Below the pieces are notes generated by a model that was given only the letters and a program-made list of their open reading frames with translations, did no database searches and had not been told where the DNA came from. A program made the position numbers and the translations under genes. 64,000 bases of DNA, taken from positions 1,122 through 65,121 of the forward strand of contig JAFVZN010000070.1 of the NCBI GenBank assembly GCA_017508135.1. Direction: 5' to 3'. Shown here piece after piece: positions 56,156 to 64,000 of the stretch (positions within the stretch are counted from its first letter, which is position 1; each line of letters starts with the position of its first letter). Origin of the DNA: Lentisphaeria bacterium. GTDB lineage: Bacteria; Verrucomicrobiota; Lentisphaeria; Victivallales; Victivallaceae.

Positions 56156-57842
56156 TTCCCTGCGGATCTCGCTGAAGATCCGTTTGGTTTCGATCTATTC
56201 TCTGCTTTTTATCGTCTCCTGCTCTTTGATATTCGTAGTGGCGTCTTACCGCATCTACCTTGAAATGAACCGTCTGGTGGATGTGGAGGCGCAGCGTATA
56301 TCCCGGAACATGCGCGAGGTCTATGAGCTTTCCCTTCAACCGCCCGCTGCGGAACCGGTGATACCGGGTGCTGAATCCATCCGCAATTATCCGGCATCGG
56401 ATCTGGAAATACTTCAAAAACGCTTCCCCGGCATGGAGCTGCTCACGGCGCGCGAAGAGAACGGCGTTATCGCCGGGAACGGTGGTGTTCCGCAAAAATA
56501 TTATACCGCCTCCATCTTTTATCAGGACAAATATTACACCTGCCGGGTACGGAGCGACGGTTCGGTTTATTCCAAGCTGGTCAAAGAACCGTCACATTTG
56601 ATGGAACTGCGCCGTCAACTCAAACTTCAACTTAAGCCGGTCAAACCGGATCCGCTGAAAAATTTGAAACGCCGCTTCTCCGAACTTATCCGTTCCCGCG
56701 GACATGAAGGCTTCCTTATCGTCATCCGGGATCGCAGCACCGGAAAAACGGTTCTCAGTGCCGGAGGAAATTTACAGATACACGACAAGGTGCTTTCCGG
56801 AAATTTCCCGGAAGAAACCGCCTTTGAAGTCGGAAATTTCCGCTATTTCAAAAGCGAGATCCCCGGTCTGGGACAACTGTTCATCGGCCGCTCCATCAGG
56901 AACCGTGACCGTCTGGTACGTCAGTGCATGGTGATCTTTTTCGGTGTGCTGTTCAGTGTCACCGGAGCCGGAGTTGCCGTGGCGTGGATCATCGCCCGCC
57001 GTTTCATCCACGGTATCCGGCAGACCACTCTGGCCATGAAAAACATCTCCGACGGCGATTACAGCTACCGCATCGCGGAGATACCCTACACTGACGAAGA
57101 GATCGTCACTTTGATGGAGACCTTCAACGACATGAATGAACGGACCGAAAATCTTCTCAACGAGATCAAAATGATGTCCGATAATGTCGCCCACGACCTC
57201 CGCACCCCGCTGACCCGGATATCCGGAACCGTGGAACTGCTGCTGCACGACCGGGAGTTGAACGAAGAGGTACGCAACGTCTGCATTTCTGTTCTGGAGG
57301 AAACTCTGAGACTCAAGGCTCTGGTAAATACCGTTATGGACATCTCCCGCACCACCGCCCATCCGGACGCGCTCAGCAAAGAGAAGCTGAACCTCTCCCG
57401 CCTTATCCGCAATTTCGGCGACTTCATGCAGCCGGGGTTTGAAGAAAAAGGTTTGTCGTTGGATCTCCTGCTCCCGGAGGAGGAGATCATCATCGAAGCA
57501 GATAAGACCATGTTCCAGCGGATGCTTGCCAACCTGGTCGAAAACGCGCTTAAATTCACCAAAGAAGGCGGTGTCACCATCGCCGTATCCAAAGATAACA
57601 AGTCGATAAAATTATCCGTTGAGGACTCCGGCTGCGGCATCGAAGAGAAAGATCTGCCGCACATCTTCGACCGGTTTTACCGTGCCGATGCCAGCCGTCA
57701 TCTCTCCGGGAACGGGCTGGGACTGGCTCTGGTCAAAGCCGTTGCCCTGGCGCATAAATGGCAGCTCGATGTAACATCCGTTACCGGTAAAGGTACTACT
57801 TTTTCAATAACCATCAACCATGACGATCCGACAGGAGGATAA
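56142..57842 (+). CDS. Sensor histidine kinase (two TM helices, HAMP, HisKA, HATPase_c)
   Basis: 566 aa with the H-box MMSDNVAHDLRTPLTRI, the N-box LVENALKFT and the G-boxes EDSGCGI / GNGLGLALV. It overlaps the regulator gene by 14 nt. Confidence 0.9.
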   Translation: MFSNNSLRISLKIRLVSIYSLLFIVSCSLIFVVASYRIYLEMNRLVDVEAQRISRNMREVYELSLQPPAAEPVIPGAESIRNYPASDLEILQKRFPGMELLTAREENGVIAGNGGVPQKYYTASIFYQDKYYTCRVRSDGSVYSKLVKEPSHLMELRRQLKLQLKPVKPDPLKNLKRRFSELIRSRGHEGFLIVIRDRSTGKTVLSAGGNLQIHDKVLSGNFPEETAFEVGNFRYFKSEIPGLGQLFIGRSIRNRDRLVRQCMVIFFGVLFSVTGAGVAVAWIIARRFIHGIRQTTLAMKNISDGDYSYRIAEIPYTDEEIVTLMETFNDMNERTENLLNEIKMMSDNVAHDLRTPLTRISGTVELLLHDRELNEEVRNVCISVLEETLRLKALVNTVMDISRTTAHPDALSKEKLNLSRLIRNFGDFMQPGFEEKGLSLDLLLPEEEIIIEADKTMFQRMLANLVENALKFTKEGGVTIAVSKDNKSIKLSVEDSGCGIEEKDLPHIFDRFYRADASRHLSGNGLGLALVKAVALAHKWQLDVTSVTGKGTTFSITINHDDPTGG

Positions 57843-57846
57843 TATC

Positions 57847-58749
57847 ATGACTCTTACCGCATTTTTTCTGCTGCTCTTATCAGTGACCTTTCACGCTTCG
57901 TGGAATCTGATCGCCAAAAAATCAACGATGAGCATAACCTATTACATGGTGATCTGCATGACCTCCGCGTGCTGCTGGCTGCATCTGCAATTCTGGACAC
58001 CGGTGAATATATTTGCCCTTCCGGGGAAATATTATCTGCTGATGTTCTGTTCCGTTCTCTCCGATCTGCTCTACTGCTGCGGACTGGTTCGCGCATACCG
58101 GACGATGGAAATGTCCACCGCGTACCCGATGATGCGCAGTCTGCCGCTGCTCTTCACGGCGGCGATAACCGGTATATTGGGGCTGGGCAAACCGCTGAAA
58201 CCGATGGCTTTCGCCGGGATGAGCGTGGTATTCGCCGGATGTATGCTGATGCCGCTGAAAAGTTTCTCCGATTTCAAGATCAGAAATTACATCAACCCGC
58301 GTCTGCTCTTTGTCACCATCGTCGCCCTGGGTACGACCGGCTACACCATCTTCGACAGTCAGGCACAGGCGGTGTTGCGGGATGCCGTCTCCGGAGTGAG
58401 CAAACCGGTTCTGGCACTTACTTACTACTCCTCCCGGGGAATAATGCTGACCACAGCTCTGTGGACACTGGTACTCTGCTTGAAACAAGAACGGGAAAAT
58501 TTGAAAACCATCGTCAAAGAGCGCAACTTCACTCCGGTTTTTGCCGGATGTTTTGCCACATTCGCCTATGCGCTGGTGCTGATAGCGATGAATTATGTTT
58601 CCAATGTTTCGTTTGTTCAGGTCTTCCGCCAGCTGGGGCTGCTGGTGGGCGTGGCAGGCGGTATAATCATCCTCAAAGAACAGTGTTCTGTCACCAAGAT
58701 ATCGGGAAGTCTGCTAATCGTCAGCGGGCTGGTAATGACGGTTCTGTGA
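57847..58749 (+). CDS. EamA/DMT family transporter
   Basis: About 300 aa with 10 hydrophobic helices. Start at ATG 57847 (MTLTAFFLLLLSV). It immediately follows the kinase gene. Confidence 0.8.
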   Translation: MTLTAFFLLLLSVTFHASWNLIAKKSTMSITYYMVICMTSACCWLHLQFWTPVNIFALPGKYYLLMFCSVLSDLLYCCGLVRAYRTMEMSTAYPMMRSLPLLFTAAITGILGLGKPLKPMAFAGMSVVFAGCMLMPLKSFSDFKIRNYINPRLLFVTIVALGTTGYTIFDSQAQAVLRDAVSGVSKPVLALTYYSSRGIMLTTALWTLVLCLKQERENLKTIVKERNFTPVFAGCFATFAYALVLIAMNYVSNVSFVQVFRQLGLLVGVAGGIIILKEQCSVTKISGSLLIVSGLVMTVL

Positions 58750-58790
58750 ATGCGGAACCGTTTTTTACAACAAAGCTCTGTACTTTTGAC

Positions 58791-58819
58791 TTGATTTAAT
58801 GCAGTTGTTGCAGTATATT
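58791..58819 (+). promoter_or_regulatory. Putative sigma70-type promoter for the yebC-like gene
   Basis: TTGATT, 17-nt spacer, TATATT (58814-58819). It lies 59 nt upstream of the ATG at 58878. Confidence 0.45.
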
Positions 58820-58877
58820 ATAAGGATAAAGGTTTAAGTTTTTAGAAACAACAGAAACAAAACAACAGGAGTTTATT

Positions 58878-59630
58878 ATGTCCGGACACAGTAAATGGGC
58901 AAACATCAAGCACAAAAAAGAAGCCGCCGATAAGCAGAAGGGAAAGATGTTCTCCCGCGTCGGTAAAGAAATCATGGTCGCCGCCAAGAACGGCGGTGCC
59001 GATCCCGCCACCAACCCCGCTCTCCGCGCGGCTCTGACCGCCGCCAAAGCGGTCAATATGCCCAACGCCAACATCGACCGCGCCATCAAAAAAGGTATCG
59101 GTGAACTGGGCGATGTGGTCTTTGAAGAGATCATGTACGAAGGTTATGGTGCCGGCGGTGTTGCCGTTATCGTTGACTGCCTGACCGACAACCGCAACCG
59201 TTCCATCAGCGAAGTCCGTATGGCGTTTGAACGCAACAACGGAAACCTCGCTGCCTCCGGTGCCGTTTCCCGTATGTTCAAGCGGCAGGCGCACTTCATC
59301 ATCACCGGTGAATGGGCGGATGAAGAAAAACTTATGGATATCGTTCTCGATGCCGGTGCCAACGACCTCATCGTTGAAGACGGTGAAGCCGAAATCTGGG
59401 CTGACCCCGAAAACTTTGAAGCTCTGGTGAAGGTCTTTGAAGAAAAGGGCATCGTCCCCGAAACCGCCGAACAGACCCGTAAACCGGAAATGACCGTCAA
59501 CATCACCGATGCCAAGGTCGCATCTCAGGTCATCCGCATGATCGAACGTCTGGAAGAGAGCGATGATGTCCAGAACGTCACCGCCAACTACATCATCGAC
59601 GATTCCATCGCCGATCAGATCGAAGAGTAA
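58878..59630 (+). CDS. YebC/PmpR family DNA-binding regulator
   Basis: 250 aa with MSGHSKWANIKHKK, the hallmark N-terminus of this family. Confidence 0.95.
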   Translation: MSGHSKWANIKHKKEAADKQKGKMFSRVGKEIMVAAKNGGADPATNPALRAALTAAKAVNMPNANIDRAIKKGIGELGDVVFEEIMYEGYGAGGVAVIVDCLTDNRNRSISEVRMAFERNNGNLAASGAVSRMFKRQAHFIITGEWADEEKLMDIVLDAGANDLIVEDGEAEIWADPENFEALVKVFEEKGIVPETAEQTRKPEMTVNITDAKVASQVIRMIERLEESDDVQNVTANYIIDDSIADQIEE

Positions 59631-59662
59631 GCATTTTCCCGAAAAGGAGCTTTGCGGTCACA

Positions 59663-61204
59663 ATGAACTGGATCGAACGGTCAGAGAGGTATACGCTGCG
59701 CGATAACGCCAGCGGATTTGCGGTTTCGTTTGCCGGAATGAAGTTCAAAGACGGTGATCTTTCGGCGATGGCACCCTTGTTCGCCCACGCCGCATCGGAG
59801 ATGATCGAACTGGAAGCCGGAGCCATCAAAAATCCGGACGAACAGCGAAAAGTCACCCACTTCACTGACCGTATCACCTATCCGCAAAGCAGTGAATTTC
59901 AGGAAGTCGAAGATTTTGCTTCCCGCATCCGCGCCGAAGGAAAATTCGATGCCGTGGTGGTCAACGGTATCGGCGGATCCGCTCTGGGCCCGCAGCTGAT
60001 GCAGTTCGCCATCAACGGTCCGTATTGGAACGAACTTTCCCGCGAACAGCGCAAAAACGGTCTCAAAATCTACTTCCTCGACAACACTGACACCGCGGGT
60101 TTCGCCGATCTGCTGGCAGTTATGGTTCCGGAAAAGACTTTGCATCTGGTCGTTTCCAAATCCGGCGGCACGCAGGAGACGCGCAACAACATGATCGCCA
60201 TGGAGAAGTTCTATGCCGCACGCGGATTGAAGTTCGGAGATCACGCCTGCGCCGTCACCATGCAGGGCAGCATGTTGTACCAACACGCGCAGGAAGCCGG
60301 ATATCTCAAGATATTCAACATGGCTGATTCCGTCGGCGGCCGCACCAGCGAAACCGCCATCGTCGGACATCTCCCGGCGGCACTGACCGGGGTGGATTTC
60401 AAAACCTTCCTCGCCGGTGCCTGCGCCATGGATAAGTGGACAAGGAATATCGACTGCCTCTGCAATCCGGCAATGTTCCTCGCCGCCATGTGGTATATCG
60501 CCGGAAACCATCGCGGCGACCGCAATATGGTCATCGTTCCGTACAGCGACCGTCTGGTACTGCTGTCGCGCTATCTCCAGCAGCTCGTTATGGAAAGTCT
60601 GGGCAAAGAACTCGACCTTGACGGCAATGTTGTCCATCAGGGCTTGAACGTTTTCGGCAACAAGGGCGGTACCGATGCCCACGCCTTCATCCAACAGCTC
60701 AACGACGGCAGAGATGACTTTTTTGCCACCTTTATCGAAGTGCAGAAAGATGCGGTCAAACTGCCGATCGATGGCAACACCGGCATGGGCGATTATCTGC
60801 ACGGATTCTTTGAAGGTTTGTGCGCCGCACTGCGCAACAAAGGCCGTCAGGTCATCACCATCACCATCCCGCAGATAACCGTCTTTGAACTGGGACAGAT
60901 CATCGCCCTCTATGAACGCGCGGTGGCGATCTACGCGGAATTTATCCACATCAACGCCTTCCATCAGCCGGGAGTGCAGGCATACAAACTTGCCGCAAAA
61001 GATGCACTTGCTCTGCGCGAAAAAGTGCTTGCCGCGATCGGTGCGAATCCGGGATTTTCCGGCAATGCCGCAGCTTTCGCAAAACTTGCCGGATGCGAAG
61101 AGGATGCGGTGGAAGTTGCCGGGATACTCAACCGCGCCGCCGTCAACGGGGAATACGTTTCCCGCCAGGATAAGTCCGGAAACTGGGTTTATACCGTCAA
61201 GTGA
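59663..61204 (+). CDS. pgi: Glucose-6-phosphate isomerase
   Basis: 513 aa with a SIS-domain pattern (VVNGIGGSALGP, VSKSGGTQET, DSVGGRTSE). Confidence 0.9.
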   Translation: MNWIERSERYTLRDNASGFAVSFAGMKFKDGDLSAMAPLFAHAASEMIELEAGAIKNPDEQRKVTHFTDRITYPQSSEFQEVEDFASRIRAEGKFDAVVVNGIGGSALGPQLMQFAINGPYWNELSREQRKNGLKIYFLDNTDTAGFADLLAVMVPEKTLHLVVSKSGGTQETRNNMIAMEKFYAARGLKFGDHACAVTMQGSMLYQHAQEAGYLKIFNMADSVGGRTSETAIVGHLPAALTGVDFKTFLAGACAMDKWTRNIDCLCNPAMFLAAMWYIAGNHRGDRNMVIVPYSDRLVLLSRYLQQLVMESLGKELDLDGNVVHQGLNVFGNKGGTDAHAFIQQLNDGRDDFFATFIEVQKDAVKLPIDGNTGMGDYLHGFFEGLCAALRNKGRQVITITIPQITVFELGQIIALYERAVAIYAEFIHINAFHQPGVQAYKLAAKDALALREKVLAAIGANPGFSGNAAAFAKLAGCEEDAVEVAGILNRAAVNGEYVSRQDKSGNWVYTVK

Positions 61205-61911
61205 ATCTTCTGCTGATAGACAACAGTGACTTTATCTCTCCCGGAACCATCGCGGTTTCCGGGAGGAGATTTCTGCAGTTGCGCGACATCATCAAAGCCG
61301 CCCCCGGCGACACCATCCGCACCGGAATGAAAAACGGGATGCTGGGCATTTCCACCATAACAGCAATGGAGGAGGAACGTGCCATCTTGCAGCCGGAGCT
61401 GAACACGCCTCCCCCGCCGCCGTCACCGGTAACGCTGGTGTGTGCGCTCCAGCGGCCGCCGACATTCAAAAAGATCCTCCACGGCGCGTTGACCATGGGC
61501 GTAAAAAAGATACACTTCATTCACGCCGCCAAGGTGGAAAAAAGTTACTGGCAATCCAGCGTTCTCCGGGAAAACGAACTCGACCACGAAATACGCCTTG
61601 CCCTCGAACAGTGCGGCGACACGGTTTACCCGGATTTTGAGTATCACACCAAATTCAAACCGTTTGTTGAAGATATCCTGCCGCAACTGGTGAAAGATTC
61701 CGCACTGGCACTCTTCGGACATCCCCGGGCGCAAACCCCGCTGCCGCCGCCGCCGCCGGGAAAGATCATCGTCGCCGCCGGGCCGGAGGGCGGGTTTACT
61801 GATTACGAAAACATGATGCTGGAAAATGCCGGCATGACCCCGGTAACTCTGGGACAGCGGGTACTGCGCAGTGAATACGCGGTGACGGCATTACTGGCGA
61901 AATTATCCTGA
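61201..61911 (+). CDS. rsmE: 16S rRNA (uracil1498-N3)-methyltransferase RsmE
   Basis: 236 aa. The GTG start overlaps the pgi stop. It has the SPOUT C-terminus AAGPEGGFTDYE...LGQRVLRSEYA. Confidence 0.85.
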   Translation: MNLLLIDNSDFISPGTIAVSGRRFLQLRDIIKAAPGDTIRTGMKNGMLGISTITAMEEERAILQPELNTPPPPPSPVTLVCALQRPPTFKKILHGALTMGVKKIHFIHAAKVEKSYWQSSVLRENELDHEIRLALEQCGDTVYPDFEYHTKFKPFVEDILPQLVKDSALALFGHPRAQTPLPPPPPGKIIVAAGPEGGFTDYENMMLENAGMTPVTLGQRVLRSEYAVTALLAKLS

Positions 61912-63653
61912 TGTGTTCAGAAAAGTTAAAAACATTCCTGACGGAAAAAAACATCACTCCGACCGGGATAAGAAAATTTTTCTCACTGCGGCTGACCGTA
62001 TTCATCGCCACGCTGACATTGAGCTGGCTTTTCCGTTTCACCGCCGATGTCTGGGCGTTTGACAACAGTTGTTTCCGGGGGATGGCAGCAGTCGGAGAAG
62101 TTTTATCTGCCGGGAAAAATTACCTTGCCCTGCTTCAAAGTTGGATATTGTGGTGCGGGATTTATGCCCTGGGGTGCTGGACACTTCCGGAAAAGGTGAA
62201 CAATGTACTGCTTGCCGTGTTTGTCGCCGCAGAAGTTTTACTGAGCGTGACCGATTGCTTCATGGTAGTACGCTACTCCTGCCCGATGAAAGATATGATC
62301 GTCATACTCCGCGCCACCGATCAGCAGGAGATACGGGAATATTTTTCGGCGATGTTCGGTCAGGGAAATGCGGCAGTCCCATTGTTGTTATCACTGCTGG
62401 TATTGATTGTTTCAGGCGGGGTATTTTATCTTCTGCACAAGTTGAAAACCGCTCCGGAGCGCGCCGTTTCAGCGGTGATATTCTTTTTCTGTGCCGCACT
62501 GACACTGTTTTTCCCCGGAGAAAGCACCCTGCGCGACCATCCGGACCCGCTCTGGAGTTTCGCGGTAAATTTCAACACCCGCGACCACTTTCTCACCATG
62601 GCGGCGCGTACCACAGCATCTCCGGTACTGCCGCCGGAAGTGAAAGATATTTTAACCGGAAATGCAACACCGGTTTACGGTATCGTGATCGCCGGAGAAT
62701 CGGACAGTCGCGCCCGCCATTCTCTTTACGGTCACAACAAAGATACGGACATCTTTCTCCGGAAATCACGCGCCAGCGGTATGATCTGTTTCACCGATAC
62801 GATCAGTGCAACGGCATCCACCATGCACTCCATATATTTTATGTTCACCAACGCGCGGATATTGAACAAATACGCCGCGCCGGATTACGGCATTTGCGAA
62901 TATATCCGTCATGCCGGAGGTACTGTATCGCTCCATGATATGCAGCGTTCCCACGGGGCATGGTCAAGCATGATGGCACTGCTGTTTGCCAACGCCGACC
63001 GCAAGCGAGCCTACTCCGATGATGGGAAAAACCATTTTGACGGCGAACTGCTGGTTCCCGTTTGTAATGAGATCACCGCCGCCGGTGACCGGCAGGCGCA
63101 ACTGCTCGTGCTTCATTTGATGGGCAGCCATTATGACCAGAACTTCCGGGTGCCGGAAGCGTGGAAGCAGGAACACGCCAAATTTCTGACCGGTATGGAT
63201 GCCTATGATCGCAGTATCGTCTACACCGGCTTTATTCTCTCCCGCATCCATGCGGCAACGGAAAAGATCACCCGACCGGCATTTGTACTTTACATTCCCG
63301 ACCACAGTGAAGAACCACTTTCGCGCCGTTCCATGACCACCCCGGAGGCGGTATACTATGAGATCCCGATGCTGTTGTACTTCAACGCGGCGTACCGGAA
63401 ACAGTTTCCCCAAACGGTCGCTCTTGCCCGGAAAGCGGCGGCAAAACCGTTTCAAACCGACCTTTCTCTGCCGCTTATCGCCCGGTTGATGCAGATACCG
63501 GAACAGATGATCGCCGCAGAAGATGATCTCCTGTCACCGGCATACCGCCCGCCGCGCCGGAAAGTTGCCTGGGGCGAAGAAGATTACATTCCATTCCCGC
63601 CGATTGCAGAACGGCGTTATTTTCACCGTATCAACAAAATACCTGCGGAATAA
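61911..63653 (+). CDS. Phosphoethanolamine transferase / sulfatase-family membrane protein (EptA-like)
   Basis: 580 aa with N-terminal TM helices followed by a sulfatase-like domain (GESDSR, HLMGSHYDQNF). The ATG overlaps the rsmE stop by 1 nt. Confidence 0.8.
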   Translation: MCSEKLKTFLTEKNITPTGIRKFFSLRLTVFIATLTLSWLFRFTADVWAFDNSCFRGMAAVGEVLSAGKNYLALLQSWILWCGIYALGCWTLPEKVNNVLLAVFVAAEVLLSVTDCFMVVRYSCPMKDMIVILRATDQQEIREYFSAMFGQGNAAVPLLLSLLVLIVSGGVFYLLHKLKTAPERAVSAVIFFFCAALTLFFPGESTLRDHPDPLWSFAVNFNTRDHFLTMAARTTASPVLPPEVKDILTGNATPVYGIVIAGESDSRARHSLYGHNKDTDIFLRKSRASGMICFTDTISATASTMHSIYFMFTNARILNKYAAPDYGICEYIRHAGGTVSLHDMQRSHGAWSSMMALLFANADRKRAYSDDGKNHFDGELLVPVCNEITAAGDRQAQLLVLHLMGSHYDQNFRVPEAWKQEHAKFLTGMDAYDRSIVYTGFILSRIHAATEKITRPAFVLYIPDHSEEPLSRRSMTTPEAVYYEIPMLLYFNAAYRKQFPQTVALARKAAAKPFQTDLSLPLIARLMQIPEQMIAAEDDLLSPAYRPPRRKVAWGEEDYIPFPPIAERRYFHRINKIPAE

Positions 63654-63747
63654 GCAGCCGGTTGGAACTGTTTTCAACGGCAAAAAGAACGGGCTGCTGC
63701 TCACCTTTTTTCAGGTTTCACAACAGCCCGCTGTAATTCGCAAATTC

Positions 63748-63773
63748 CCCCGGAGAAGTTGCACTCTCCGGGG
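63748..63773. terminator. Stem-loop between the convergent eptA-like and fba genes (possible terminator)
   Basis: Perfect 9-bp stem ccccggaga / tctccgggg with an 8-nt loop. No strong U-tract follows on either strand. Confidence 0.35.
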
Positions 63774-63788
63774 AATCGTTGTGCAGAA

Positions 63789-64000
63789 TTATTTGTCGAA
63801 AGCGTGTCCGGCAGAACCCAGAACTTCTTTGTTCTTGCGGATGTACAGCTCTTTCAAGCTGGTACGGGCAGGACCGAGATATTTGCGCGGATCGAATTCT
63901 TCCGGCTTTTCCGCAAAGACTTTGCGGATGGCAGCGGTCATGGCAAGACGGCCGTCAGAGTCGATGTTGATCTTGCAGACAGCACTCTTGGCAGCAGCGC
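63789..64000 (-). CDS. fba: Class II fructose-bisphosphate aldolase, 3' part only; the start lies beyond the window end
   Basis: My translation of the minus strand gives ...AAKSAVCKINIDSDGRLAMTAAIRKVFAEKPEEFDPRKYLGPARTSLKELYIRKNKEVLGSAGHAFDK*. This matches the conserved C-terminus of class II FBA. Confidence 0.85.
   Translation of the reverse strand, partial: AAAKSAVCKINIDSDGRLAMTAAIRKVFAEKPEEFDPRKYLGPARTSLKELYIRKNKEVLGSAGHAFDK

Noticed and set aside
59681-60964. 427-aa ORF antisense to pgi
   Set aside because: Shadow ORF. The plus-strand product has SIS/PGI motifs.
1-64000. Search for tRNA, rRNA, CRISPR arrays, IS elements and toxin-antitoxin or known defence-system genes
   Set aside because: Intergenic space is small; the largest gaps are 319, 232, 170 and 164 nt. 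Those gaps contain only promoter- or terminator-like sequence. I saw no cloverleaf-capable segments, no regularly spaced repeats, and no transposase, integrase or defence-type domains in any frame.

Overview
64-kb chromosomal window from a moderately GC-rich bacterium (about 55% GC by eye, not computed). It is almost entirely coding. I call 58 CDS, two of them cut by the window edges. I saw no rRNA, tRNA, CRISPR array, transposase or integrase. Most genes are core housekeeping: asd, ligA, recQ, folK, fmt, rng, pdxB, cysK, nrdR, rlmI, metY, queCDE, serC, rlmN, ispG, rseP, folD, cdsA, gmhA, pgi, rsmE and fba. They lie in long co-directional strings with many 1-20 nt stop/start overlaps; 28144..48790 is one unbroken minus-strand block. 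An H-X9-DG pseudopilin-like module and an archaeal-type PurO suggest the PVC superphylum (Lentisphaerota/Verrucomicrobiota-like), but that is inference only.

Main points of interest:
1. A short family-B DNA polymerase has intact polymerase motifs but all three 3'-5' exonuclease motifs are degenerate. It sits directly downstream of a PurO-type IMP-cyclohydrolase homologue, inside a housekeeping string and not in a mobile element.
2. A 37-nt perfect direct repeat, the core of a diverged ~100-nt duplication, carries a promoter-like element. It precedes both a BNR/sialidase-like gene and the adjacent two-component operon.
3. rlmN and a long RlhA-like U32 protein share one gene string, separated by two uncharacterised genes.
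4. There are several uncharacterised secreted proteins and lipoproteins, including two Ntn-hydrolase-like paralogues.

All product calls rest on motifs I recognise by eye. No database search was run.
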